Of a DNA stretch of 64,000 nucleotides, positions 19,658 to 33,839 are shown piece after piece (positions within the stretch are counted from its first letter, which is position 1; every line of letters begins with the position of its first letter). The position numbers and the translations under genes were made by a program. The notes under the pieces were generated by a model, which did not search any database, had not been told where the DNA came from, and saw only the letters and a list, made by a program, of their open reading frames with translations. The stretch covers positions 96,001-160,000 of the forward strand of contig JBNKOC010000004.1 of the NCBI GenBank assembly GCA_050294405.1, written 5' to 3'. The DNA is from Fibrobacteria bacterium. GTDB taxonomy: Bacteria > Fibrobacterota > Fibrobacteria > UBA11236 > JADFYW01.

Positions 19658-22423
19658 ATGAAACAAAAACTATCCTTTTTGGTCATATTAGGCCTAACCG
19701 CTAACATCTTTTACGGATGTTTAAATCTTTCAGGCGCAGACAAAGACAAAGTTGCCGAGGCTTTGGGTTTGGAAACAGAAAGCGCAGGAAAATCAGGAAC
19801 CATTAGCGATACTGAACTTGCTGAATTTGCAGCCGGTGGAACAGTAAGCAAAGATGGCCTGGACTTAAACTATGTTCAGGACGACCTATATGTGGCCAAA
19901 AGCATGAAGGTTACTGATGGTACTACTGAAACTTATTACACCAAAACCTCCTCCACCACGAAATTATCAGCAGCTTCTGTAAGCTCTGTGGATTTAGTGG
20001 GAACCTGGCAAGCCTATAAGCAAATCCAGGGGGCGGGTACTGCAGATGAAAAAGTATTTCTCATCAATTTAGATGATGGGGGTAACAAATTGCTGCTAGT
20101 GGTGACCTCAGGAGATGACGGACTTTCCTGGACTACCAAACTGGAAGGTACTCCCAAATTATTGACTGAAGAGGAGTATGAAATTGTTGTAAAAGAGCTG
20201 GAAGAAAAAGTTACAGACCAAATCACTTCCGAGCTGGCGGCTTGTGAGCGTGAAGATTTTACAGCAGAAGAAATAGCCCTATGTAAAGAAAGGATCGAAA
20301 AATGCAAACCTGGTGGCGAAGCTGTAGGAACCGAACTATGCGTGGTAGAAAGATTTAACCCCTGTGACCGCCCTGACCTTACCGAAGAAGAAATTCTGGC
20401 CTGTAAAGAAAAGGTTGATGCCTGTGCCCCTGGCGGAGCTGATTATGGCACCGATGTTTGTAAGGAGCGTTTCAATCCTTGCGACGATCCTGCGCTAACC
20501 GCGGCTCAAAGGGAACAATGCATTTTCAGATACGAACATTGCGGACCAGGACAGGATTTATACGGCACCGCCCAATGTACAGGAGCTTTTGACCCTTGCG
20601 CGAATGTTCCCGAAGCAGAGCTTGAAAGCTGCCGTGAAATCGAACAAAAATGTGCGGCCCCGGAAAATTTTGAGGTCAATGCCGATTTTTGTATCGAAAC
20701 ATTGAACCCCTGTAACCTAAACCACCTCACTAATGAGGAAAAGGCGAAATGTCAGGAAAGATACGAAACCAATGAATGTTATTTATTGGAAAATATCGAA
20801 AAACCAGAATGCCAATTCCATTTTGACCCCTGCGAAGGCTTACCAGAAGAAGAGGCCATGGAATGCCGTGAAATTGAAGCTCGCTGCGGACCAGCCAATA
20901 TGAACAAAACAGAAGAAGACATCGCCTTTTGCGACGCCCATTTGAATCCATGTATGGACCCCGCCATGACCGCTACACAGAAAAGGCAATGCGAAGAACA
21001 ATGGAATATGTGCGGGCCCAACGGCACTAACCCCAACGATCCAAGATGTTTTGAAATAATAGATCCCTGCATGGACCCGTTTTTAACTCCTGAACAACAG
21101 GAACAATGTAAAATGGACAGAGAAAAATGCAGAGATCCTCAAACTCAGGAAGAAAAAGACTATTGCATGGACATTCTTGACCCTTGTAAGGTTCCAGGTT
21201 GGACTTCTGAACAAATCAAAGAATGCCGCGAACACCATGATTTTTGCGCTCAACCGGAAAACATGGACAAACCGGAATGCATGGACCAACATTTCGACCC
21301 TTGCTCCGATCCTAACATGAGCCCGGAAGAACAGCAAAAATGCCGTGAAGTGGAAATGCGCTGCGGTATTAACTACACTCCTGCCGATGAAGAATTCTGT
21401 AAAGAGGCCCTTAACCCCTGTAACGACCCTCTTTTGAGTGAAACAGAAAGGCTCGAATGTGAAGATTGGAATTATCGCTGTGGCCCTGGGGGAACCGAAG
21501 CTGGCACGCCTGCCTGTTTGGAAGGTTTTGATCCATGCATGGACCCTGCTCTAACACCTGAAGAACAGGAACAATGCCACATGAATAGAGATGTATGTAA
21601 AGATCCTCAAACCCAGGAAGAAAAAGATTTCTGCAACCAGCAGTTTAACCCCTGCATGGATCCGAATCTTACGGAAGAGGAAAGAATGCAATGCGAAGAG
21701 CATCAGGCTGCTTGCGGACCAGGCGCTCCTGAACCCCGTCCTGATTACTGCTTTGAAGTAAACAGAGACCCCTGCCGTGAAGGAGCCAGTAATTACGAAA
21801 AAGGCCTTTGCGAAATCGCCATGGATGCCTGCCATTCCGGAGAAGTCTTAGTGGATAACGAAGCTTTTTGCGCGGAACAGGGTGAAGGTGGAGATCCCTG
21901 CCGTGAAGGCGCTTCTCCCGTGGAAATGGAAATTTGCGAATACCTAAAAACAACATGTTTCAGCGGTGAAATAATGGACCCAGAGCAAGAAAAATTTTGC
22001 CACGACTATACGGGCCCCGAAGGCAATGGAGAAGGCGGCGGACCTAAACCTTTTATTGGAGCCGCTCCCAATTTAAAGGCCATTATTGACAGGTTGGGAA
22101 TCGGTATTTATTTGGATAAATTCGGACCTGTGGAAGTTTCGGTAGCTTATGTTACTGCTGCTGATATTGAGGTTATGAATGCCACTGGTGCCGATCCGGA
22201 CTTCAAGAAAATCATTGTAACCTGGGATATGTTTAAAGACGGTGGACCTAACAACGAACATATTGTTGTTAATATTGAACTAGATGGAAAAATGGTTCCG
22301 TTCACCCTCCTGGCCTCAGAAGGGGACGATCCCAGTAATCCTGCGGATGTTCCCGGAGGACCTATGATATACAACAAAGGCCTTGCCGTTTTGGAATCCG
22401 CTGTGTTAATGAACATGAAGTAA
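19658..22423 (+). CDS. 921-aa lipoprotein with 15 tandem four-Cys repeats
   Basis: Lipobox-like FYGC, then a repeat array C-x10/12-C-x6/8-C-x10/14-C-x4/6-[DN]P from aa 196 to 781. Confidence 0.85.
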   Translation: MKQKLSFLVILGLTANIFYGCLNLSGADKDKVAEALGLETESAGKSGTISDTELAEFAAGGTVSKDGLDLNYVQDDLYVAKSMKVTDGTTETYYTKTSSTTKLSAASVSSVDLVGTWQAYKQIQGAGTADEKVFLINLDDGGNKLLLVVTSGDDGLSWTTKLEGTPKLLTEEEYEIVVKELEEKVTDQITSELAACEREDFTAEEIALCKERIEKCKPGGEAVGTELCVVERFNPCDRPDLTEEEILACKEKVDACAPGGADYGTDVCKERFNPCDDPALTAAQREQCIFRYEHCGPGQDLYGTAQCTGAFDPCANVPEAELESCREIEQKCAAPENFEVNADFCIETLNPCNLNHLTNEEKAKCQERYETNECYLLENIEKPECQFHFDPCEGLPEEEAMECREIEARCGPANMNKTEEDIAFCDAHLNPCMDPAMTATQKRQCEEQWNMCGPNGTNPNDPRCFEIIDPCMDPFLTPEQQEQCKMDREKCRDPQTQEEKDYCMDILDPCKVPGWTSEQIKECREHHDFCAQPENMDKPECMDQHFDPCSDPNMSPEEQQKCREVEMRCGINYTPADEEFCKEALNPCNDPLLSETERLECEDWNYRCGPGGTEAGTPACLEGFDPCMDPALTPEEQEQCHMNRDVCKDPQTQEEKDFCNQQFNPCMDPNLTEEERMQCEEHQAACGPGAPEPRPDYCFEVNRDPCREGASNYEKGLCEIAMDACHSGEVLVDNEAFCAEQGEGGDPCREGASPVEMEICEYLKTTCFSGEIMDPEQEKFCHDYTGPEGNGEGGGPKPFIGAAPNLKAIIDRLGIGIYLDKFGPVEVSVAYVTAADIEVMNATGADPDFKKIIVTWDMFKDGGPNNEHIVVNIELDGKMVPFTLLASEGDDPSNPADVPGGPMIYNKGLAVLESAVLMNMK
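20243..22000 (+). repeat. Intragenic tandem repeat, 15 units of ~117 bp (~39 aa)
   Basis: Recurrent (F/L)[DN]PC junctions. Units 8 and 12 are clearly similar at the DNA level, 468 bp apart. Confidence 0.85.
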
Positions 22424-22450
22424 AACCTATTCTTTAATACCCTCCCTTTT

Positions 22451-22484
22451 GGGCTGTGGCTTTAGCCACAGCCCTTTATTTTTC
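22451..22484 (+). terminator. Intrinsic terminator after the Cys-repeat lipoprotein gene
   Basis: GGGCTGTGGC-TTTA-GCCACAGCCC then TTTATTTTT. Confidence 0.8.
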
Positions 22485-23417
22485 CTGGTTCCCTATTCCG
22501 TAAGGAACATGCACCATAGCCATGGGTATATCGGGTTTAGCCAGGTTCAGTTTTTGATCGTCAAAAAAGATATGGGGCCTGTACTCCGATAATATTTTGG
22601 CCTTGGATATGCCACCTAGAAAAAAGGAGACATCTATATGTATACCCCAATGGCGCAGCGATTGGATGACTCTTTCATGGGCGGGAGCATTTCTGGCAGT
22701 AACCATAGCCGTCTGAATTTTAGGTTTGTAATGGGGTTCGAGCTTTTGTCGCTCGAACTCGGTCTTTTGTATGGCTGAAATTTTTCGCAGCAGTGTTAAA
22801 AGCGGCCCGGAAGCCATGGGAACATGGGAGTTCTCTTCTTCGTGGTGTTGAAACTCCGCCAAACCTCTTTCCTTAAAAACCTTTTCAGAACTGTCATCCG
22901 CTAATATACCGTCAAAATCAAAAGCAATTTTCAAGATATCGTCTAGGTTGACTTTTTCATCATGACCTTCCCATTCGTGGGGCAAAATCAAACCGGCGGG
23001 AAAGCCGAGCGCAGCCGCCTCAGATACATCCCTCTCATTGGCCGACAAAAACAAGCTGGCGTTAAAAGCCTTTATGTATGTATAGGGGTTTTGACCGCAG
23101 GTAAATGCAGCCCTGGTCACCCCCATGTTGTAATGTTTAAAAGAGTTAAAAACCCTGTTTCCGGTATCGGCATCGTTCTTCGAAAGCAAAACCACCTCAA
23201 TGGGTTCGAATTGCTCTGCGGGACTATTAATCGCCAAAAGCCGTTTAATAAAACTGAATCCCGACCCAGGCAAAAAAGGCTCGTTTTCTTTTTCCCGGGA
23301 AAAAATCCGATAAGCCTCTTCTCCCTCCTCGCGAAAAACCCGGTCAGCCTCTTTTAAGTTAAAAATGGCGCTGGAGGCCACCCCAATCACCAGTTTATTT
23401 TCCAAATCAAATGCCAT
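22476..23417 (-). CDS. 5'-nucleotidase (PF06189-type)
   Basis: LVIGVASSAIF, IAFDFDG, VTARNAPAHER and HIFFDDQ motifs. Confidence 0.9.
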   Translation of the reverse strand: MAFDLENKLVIGVASSAIFNLKEADRVFREEGEEAYRIFSREKENEPFLPGSGFSFIKRLLAINSPAEQFEPIEVVLLSKNDADTGNRVFNSFKHYNMGVTRAAFTCGQNPYTYIKAFNASLFLSANERDVSEAAALGFPAGLILPHEWEGHDEKVNLDDILKIAFDFDGILADDSSEKVFKERGLAEFQHHEEENSHVPMASGPLLTLLRKISAIQKTEFERQKLEPHYKPKIQTAMVTARNAPAHERVIQSLRHWGIHIDVSFFLGGISKAKILSEYRPHIFFDDQKLNLAKPDIPMAMVHVPYGIGNQEK

Positions 23418-23560
23418 GCTGCATAAATTAGCTAATCTGGCTTAAAATCCTTAATTTTATTACCGGCTATCCCATTGAGCCCGGTTTTTTTATCTTCCTT
23501 TAAGGATAAAATCAGCCACTCATTCAAAGTCCAAATTCGGACTAAAAAGAAAGGAATAAC

Positions 23561-24241
23561 TTGCTAGCTACCCCCTTGGTATTGGAAAAACCCCAATTTT
23601 GCCACTATTTACCTACGAAAATGGCCCAAATGGAAACTTTTTTGGCCCAAGGCGTCTCGGGGGAAGATCTGGACTTTTTGCTATCGGAGGGCTGGCGAAA
23701 ATTCGGGGAGTACTACTTTAAGCCCAGTTGCCCGGATTGCCAGGCCTGCATCCCCATACGGATAAACTGTAAAAACTTTGAACACAGCAAGAGTCAAAAA
23801 AGGATTTTAAGAAAAAATCAGGAAACTGAAGTGCGATTTGTCCCCCTGAAATTTAGGGAAGAAATATTTCAAATTCACCAAGCCCATTCCGAAACAAAAT
23901 TCAATCGTTCGGTCACCCGGGAGGAAATCAAGCAAGGTTTTTACAAACCCTCCTGCCCCAGCATGCAATCGGAGTATTACATTGAAAATACGCTGGCCGC
24001 TGTGGGCTATTTGGATCAATCTTCCAAGGCCCTTAGCTCGGTATATTTTGTTTACCATCCCGATTTTTCAGCTTTCAGTCTGGGGCATTTTGCCGTGCTG
24101 GCAGAGGTAAAAAAAGCCCTGACCCTGGGTTTAGATTTTTATTATTTAGGCTATTGGATTGAAGGTAACAAACATATGAAATACAAAGCCAATTATCAGC
24201 CTCATGAAAAATTCAATTGGGAAAAAGGCGAATGGATTTAA
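23561..24241 (+). CDS. Arginyl-tRNA-protein transferase-like / Asp-Glu leucyltransferase (Ate/Bpt)
   Basis: CHYLP, GWRKFG..YFKPSCPDCQACIPIR, LSSVYFVYHP and YYLGYWI..MKYK motifs. Confidence 0.9.
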   Translation: MLATPLVLEKPQFCHYLPTKMAQMETFLAQGVSGEDLDFLLSEGWRKFGEYYFKPSCPDCQACIPIRINCKNFEHSKSQKRILRKNQETEVRFVPLKFREEIFQIHQAHSETKFNRSVTREEIKQGFYKPSCPSMQSEYYIENTLAAVGYLDQSSKALSSVYFVYHPDFSAFSLGHFAVLAEVKKALTLGLDFYYLGYWIEGNKHMKYKANYQPHEKFNWEKGEWI

Positions 24242-25314
24242 TTCGAAATAAAAAAAACGGATGTTTGTATTTTATTTTTCTTTTGGGCCTGCTGGCAACT
24301 CGACCGGAGAGCCTTTACGCCCAGGCTGAAGACAGCTTAAATATATACATACATCCCTTCGCCCCCTTTGTTACAGCGGAAGATAGAGAATACAAAGGTT
24401 TTGATATTGATTTGTGGGAAGCTATCGCCAAAGAAATTGATATGCCTTACAAATATGTTCCCGTTAACAAATTTGAAGAAATTTTTTCCAGGGTTAAGTC
24501 CGACTCCTTGGGAATTGGCCTGGCCGCCATTACCATGACTCAAAACCGGGAAGAGGAGTTTAATTTTAGTTACCCCTATTTCAACAGCGGGCTAAATGTG
24601 GCCCTGCAATCCCGGTACAAAGAAAGTTTTTCCATGCTGCTAAGCGCCCTTTTTGACAGCCAACTCCTAAACATCATTCTGGGAATGTTAGTGTTTATTT
24701 TAATATCCTCCCATTTAATCTGGTTTTTTGAAAGAGGAGAAGACGCCATTAGCGACACCTACTTTCCGGGAATTTTTGAGGGCGCCTGGTGGACCATTGT
24801 CACCATGTCCACGGTTGGGTATGGTGATATTTCTCCTAAAAAATGGACAGGGAGAATGGTGGCCGTATTTGTAATTATTATGGGAATCACCTTTTTTGGA
24901 ATCGCCATTGCCGAGTTGAGCGCTACCTTCGCCTCCCAAAAAATGGGAATTGGCATCCAATCCATTTCTGACTTAAAAGGTCGAAAAGTGGGTGTTTTAA
25001 AGGGAACCACTGCTGAAGAGTTTATGTCTCAAAAATCAGCTTTAGTCATTCATTACCCCAGTATTGAAAAGGCTTTAGAGGAACTGGAGGCTGAAAAAAT
25101 CGATGCAGTTGTGGGGGATGACCCTGTTTTGCGCCATTTGATAAAATCTCGCCATTTTAACCTGGAGCTTTTGGGTAAATTCAAAACGGAAAATTATGGC
25201 ATCCTATTTTCAGAAAACAATAATTTGCGGGAAAATATCAACCGAGAATTACTCAAGTTAGAGGCTTCGGGCCAATTAGAGTTGTTGAGGAAAAATTGGT
25301 TTGACTCCAATTAG
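24232..25314 (+). CDS. GluR0-like ligand-gated potassium channel (split SBP domain plus pore)
   Basis: S1 lobe (GFDIDLW..ITMT..RE..FSYPY), TM1, TMSTVGYGD filter, TM2, then S2 lobe (DLKGRKVGV..GTTA). The ORF track starts at 24217. Confidence 0.88.
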   Translation: MDLIRNKKNGCLYFIFLLGLLATRPESLYAQAEDSLNIYIHPFAPFVTAEDREYKGFDIDLWEAIAKEIDMPYKYVPVNKFEEIFSRVKSDSLGIGLAAITMTQNREEEFNFSYPYFNSGLNVALQSRYKESFSMLLSALFDSQLLNIILGMLVFILISSHLIWFFERGEDAISDTYFPGIFEGAWWTIVTMSTVGYGDISPKKWTGRMVAVFVIIMGITFFGIAIAELSATFASQKMGIGIQSISDLKGRKVGVLKGTTAEEFMSQKSALVIHYPSIEKALEELEAEKIDAVVGDDPVLRHLIKSRHFNLELLGKFKTENYGILFSENNNLRENINRELLKLEASGQLELLRKNWFDSN

Positions 25315-25357
25315 TGAATAAACAATATTTTATAATACAACGAGGTATTTCACTGAG

Positions 25358-25675
25358 ATGAAAGAAAGCGAATTCAAGCAACTCACTCAAATTAAAAATA
25401 TCCATGAACTTTCTGAAGAAGTTGTGGATGAATATGCTCAAATCTTTTTAGACAAAATTGATGAGCAAAATGAATCTGAATATACTTCCAGTTATTTTTG
25501 GTGCCCCAAATGTGAATCTCCTGATGCATTGGTTGAAGTGGACGACCTCAATCAAAAAGGCGTGGCCTCCTGTCCAAATTGTCGCATGTCTGTTATTTTG
25601 GTTCACGGCCAAGATGGTGAATTAGAAGAGTGGGATGATGCCTGGGACGACGATGACGAAGAAGAATTAGAGTAA
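25358..25675 (+). CDS. Small acidic zinc-ribbon protein
   Basis: CPKC and CPNC pairs, and a D/E-rich tail. Confidence 0.65.
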   Translation: MKESEFKQLTQIKNIHELSEEVVDEYAQIFLDKIDEQNESEYTSSYFWCPKCESPDALVEVDDLNQKGVASCPNCRMSVILVHGQDGELEEWDDAWDDDDEEELE

Positions 25676-25798
25676 ACCGTAAGGTTTTCTTGACTTTTGA
25701 AACATCTCCGCAATTATTTATTTCCAATAAAATTTTTTTTGTTTTTTTTTCTTCGCGCAGATTAAAAAAGCTGGGTTTTTAATTAACTTGGAATTCTC

Positions 25799-27163
25799 AT
25801 GGGCCGGCAAATTGTCATTTTCTTTTTGTTGACGCTGATAACAGCGAATAGCCCGATGTTTGCAATGGAGTTAAATCTCTTTGCCGCCCTTAAAAAAGCT
25901 TCCGGCGAAACCGATGACATGGCCATCTTAAAAGAACGCCTTAACATGAACCATTACGAAATTGAAGGGATTAAAAGCGCTTTGTTTCCAGTGGTTCAAT
26001 TTTCCACCGGACTTAATTATTTATCCATCTCCAGCAAAAGTTTTCCTCCATATTTTACAGAGGTCCCCTCTGATGGAGGGGGCGGTGGCGCTTCTTTTCC
26101 CAGCCGCTTTTACGGTTCTGAAATCAACTGGAATTTAAGTTTCAGACAACCTCTTTTTACCTTTGGCCGCTTAGGTGTATTAATTAAAATCGCCAGAAAA
26201 ACTCAGGATATAAATAACCTGAATTACGACATCGAAAAAGAAAAATATTATTTCAATGCGCTATCCAGTTGGACTACGGCTTATCTGGCCCAACATCAAT
26301 TGCAAACATCTTTAAAATCTTTAGAGAGGCTTCGCCAAATTAAAGATTTTACAGAAATAAATTTTAAAATGGGTGGTTCATCCAAACTGGATGCCATGCG
26401 TAGCGAAAGCAGGCTGATGCTAGCCATGGGCGATTCTTCTCAATTGGAAATTAACGCCCGGCAGAGCTTGGAAAGTTTAAAACATTTGTTGGGAATCGAC
26501 TCCGCTGCGGATGTTTCCATCGCTAGAAACAACAATGAAGACAGTTGGGTTCAAGCTAACATGGCTTCCAAGGGTCGGAAAGAATTAGAAATTCAAAAGC
26601 TAAATAGAGAAATCACCCAGCATTGGGCCCAGTACGAAAGAGCCAATCTACTTCCCGCCATATATCTTTCCGGAGGCATGGACAATAAGGTTCAGGAATA
26701 CGACACTGAATTCGATATAGTGCCCCCCTCCCCTTCTGGGCTAGTTGACCCCGACTATTTTAATTACCGCTTAGGAATACAAATGGACTGGACTTTATTT
26801 GATGGCTTTAAAACTACATCTGCAGTACATCGTCGCAAGGCCGAAGCTAATTTGGAACTTAGAAAATGGAATAAGCTTAAAAATTCACTGGAGCTGGCCC
26901 AAAAAGAAGCTAAAAACAGCCGTGAAGCGGCTGAGGCCATGGTTGTCGCCTCAGAGCTTGCAGTTAAGGCAGCCCGGACCGCTTACGAGATTGCACAGAC
27001 CGATTACAAATCCGGCCAATTGTCCATTCACCAGCTTTTGGAAATAGATGAAGAATTCAGAATGGCCGAATTTCGCTGGGCCAGCGCCTGGACAAATTTA
27101 ATATTGAGCCATGCCAATGAGCGCATTGCCAATGGAATAAGCTTAATGGAGGGTATTCATTAA
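25799..27163 (+). CDS. TolC family outer-membrane efflux protein
   Basis: Signal peptide, QPLFTFG, WTLFDG and YKSG motifs. Adjacent to the MFP and RND genes. Confidence 0.9.
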   Translation: MGRQIVIFFLLTLITANSPMFAMELNLFAALKKASGETDDMAILKERLNMNHYEIEGIKSALFPVVQFSTGLNYLSISSKSFPPYFTEVPSDGGGGGASFPSRFYGSEINWNLSFRQPLFTFGRLGVLIKIARKTQDINNLNYDIEKEKYYFNALSSWTTAYLAQHQLQTSLKSLERLRQIKDFTEINFKMGGSSKLDAMRSESRLMLAMGDSSQLEINARQSLESLKHLLGIDSAADVSIARNNNEDSWVQANMASKGRKELEIQKLNREITQHWAQYERANLLPAIYLSGGMDNKVQEYDTEFDIVPPSPSGLVDPDYFNYRLGIQMDWTLFDGFKTTSAVHRRKAEANLELRKWNKLKNSLELAQKEAKNSREAAEAMVVASELAVKAARTAYEIAQTDYKSGQLSIHQLLEIDEEFRMAEFRWASAWTNLILSHANERIANGISLMEGIH

Positions 27164-28218
27164 TGTTAAAAGGATTTTTGATTGTAGGAATCTGGGCTAT
27201 GTTATTTGCCTGCAATTCCGAAAATACTGAAGAAACTCAGGCTGCTGAAGAGGTTACAGCAAAAAAAGACAGCTCAAAGGCCGTAGCTGTTTCTGTTATC
27301 GAAGTTAAGACCAAAAAATTTGTGGAAACCCATTCTTTTTACGGTAGCGTAGAGGGTTCCGAGTCCGCCCTTTTGGTGAGTTATACCGGTGGCTTGGTTA
27401 ACAAAGTAAAGGTTAAAAACGGGGACAAAGTCAGCAAAGGGCAGAGCCTGTGCAGCATTGAATCCGAAAAGTATGTACTTCTATACGAAACTGCCGAGCT
27501 CAATAAAAAATTAGCCAGCGAAGAATTCGAACGGGCCAAAACACATTTTGAAGCTGGCAGTTTTAGCCAGACACAACTGGATGCCGCCCAACAAAAATTG
27601 CTAGCTGCCAAAAACCAGGAAATTGAAGCCCGTAAAAATAAAAACGCCTCTCTATGCATCTCACCCATTAGCGGAATTGCCACCGAAGTCATAATAGAGC
27701 CTTACCAAAATTTGGTTCCGGGCGCTGCTACCATCCATGTATCTGATATTAAAAACATTAAAATTGAAGTGGGAATTCCCGAAAATGAAATTTCAGGCTT
27801 TGTAAAAGGGGCAGATGCAAAAATAAAGCACCCTCGAATTCCCGACAGCAGCTACGCTGGACAGGTTGAAACCATTACAGCCAGGGTTAGGCCCAGCGAT
27901 AAGAACTTCATCGCCGAAATAAAATTGAAAAACCCCAATCAGGAATTAAAACCCGGACAAACCGTGGAAGTGGTTTTATCTAAAGTTCCTATGGAAGATG
28001 CCATCGTATTGCCCAGTGAAGTTATTCTCAACTTGGAAAACGGCAATGCAGTTATGGCTGCCGTTGATGGAAAAGCAAGAAAAATTACAGTGGAAAAAGG
28101 ACCGGCAAACGCTTTGGAATCTGTTATTCTTTCCGGTTTAAATCCTGGAGATAAAATCATCTCCAAAGGCCAGATGTTAGTGGTTGATGGCTCTCCCATT
28201 CAGGTAGAAAAGATGTAA
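27163..28218 (+). CDS. RND efflux membrane-fusion (adaptor) lipoprotein
   Basis: Lipobox LFAC, GDKVSKGQ, SPISG, LKPGQ and SGLNPGD motifs. Confidence 0.92.
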   Translation: MLKGFLIVGIWAMLFACNSENTEETQAAEEVTAKKDSSKAVAVSVIEVKTKKFVETHSFYGSVEGSESALLVSYTGGLVNKVKVKNGDKVSKGQSLCSIESEKYVLLYETAELNKKLASEEFERAKTHFEAGSFSQTQLDAAQQKLLAAKNQEIEARKNKNASLCISPISGIATEVIIEPYQNLVPGAATIHVSDIKNIKIEVGIPENEISGFVKGADAKIKHPRIPDSSYAGQVETITARVRPSDKNFIAEIKLKNPNQELKPGQTVEVVLSKVPMEDAIVLPSEVILNLENGNAVMAAVDGKARKITVEKGPANALESVILSGLNPGDKIISKGQMLVVDGSPIQVEKM

Positions 28219-28222
28219 TTAC

Positions 28223-33042
<4,820 letters not shown>

Positions 33043-33047
33043 TGTTA

Positions 33048-33740
33048 TTAGGCCATTAAATTTATTTGAGAGCCAAGGCGGGGAGCACCGCTTTGGCCGT
33101 AGTTGGCCATCGGACCGCTTTTTGCGCCGGAAGGCCCATCTGATGTTTCTTCTTGCCTTTTCTCATTTACCTGACGCCGTGCCTCCATTTCCATTTTAGT
33201 GGCTTCAGAGGCCACTTGCCTGTCTTTTCCAGATGGCTCAGCTGGGGCATTGGCGGCTCTTTTTATAACCTGAGCTTTTTGAATTGTGGCCTCAGGGTTA
33301 TCATGTATAGGGGACGTATCTATATTAACATGACCCGAAGTCGCGTAGCGTTTGCCATCGGGGCCCTGGGTATATTCAAAATGAGCCCCGCCCTTTGCAT
33401 AAGAACCAGCCGCCGACAAATGAGCCTGTTCGTGTTGGCGAACCTCTCTATCCCGGTCTTTTAATTCTTTTACTTCTTCTTTTTCCTCATCGGATAAATT
33501 ACTGGAACCAGTATCTGCTCCTTCTTTTTTACTTTCCTCTTCATAAGCTGCATCTTTTGGTTCGCCCAAGGCCTTTAAAGCATTTCGCCCTTCCAAAGAA
33601 ATTTGCAGGCTGGATGCTTCCTGGTCGAAAGGTGAAACAGCAGCTGTGGATGTCGAACTAGGATTTTGGGCATGGGGTACGGAGGGACGGCTAAAAACGA
33701 CGCCACTGGAGGAAAATGCAGAAGCTAGCGCATCTATCAC
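33048..33740 (-). CDS. SprA-related family protein (putative metalloprotease CJM1_0395-like)
   Basis: RDREVRQHEQAH, GPDGKRYA and APAEPSGKDRQVA motifs. GTG start at 33740 after AAGGAG; the ORF track starts at 33770. Confidence 0.85.
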   Translation of the reverse strand: MIDALASAFSSSGVVFSRPSVPHAQNPSSTSTAAVSPFDQEASSLQISLEGRNALKALGEPKDAAYEEESKKEGADTGSSNLSDEEKEEVKELKDRDREVRQHEQAHLSAAGSYAKGGAHFEYTQGPDGKRYATSGHVNIDTSPIHDNPEATIQKAQVIKRAANAPAEPSGKDRQVASEATKMEMEARRQVNEKRQEETSDGPSGAKSGPMANYGQSGAPRLGSQINLMA

Positions 33741-33760
33741 AACAAGATCTCCTTTTGGTA

Positions 33761-33787
33761 GTATCGGCAAAAAATTGAAAAGCTTTA
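33761..33787 (-). promoter_or_regulatory. Sigma28 (FliA)-type promoter
   Basis: Minus strand TAAA-N15-GCCGATAC. Confidence 0.8.
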
Positions 33788-33802
33788 ATTATTTTTTTGC
33801 TT

Positions 33803-33831
33803 TTGACTAATTACTCTTTTGGCATTATCTT
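33803..33831 (+). promoter_or_regulatory. Sigma70-type promoter of mgtE
   Basis: TTGACT-N17-TATCTT, ending 8 nt before ATG 33840. Confidence 0.55.
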
Positions 33832-33839
33832 CTTGGCCA

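Noticed and set aside
20243..22000. Cys-rich array as a multiheme cytochrome, CRISPR array or DGR repeat
   Set aside because: There are no CxxCH motifs. The repeats are degenerate and in-frame with no spacer structure, there is no reverse transcriptase, and the differences are not adenine-specific.
23462..23545. Short hairpins upstream of ate as a riboswitch or attenuator
   Set aside because: The stems are weak, no aptamer consensus is recognisable, and I cannot support the call without Rfam.
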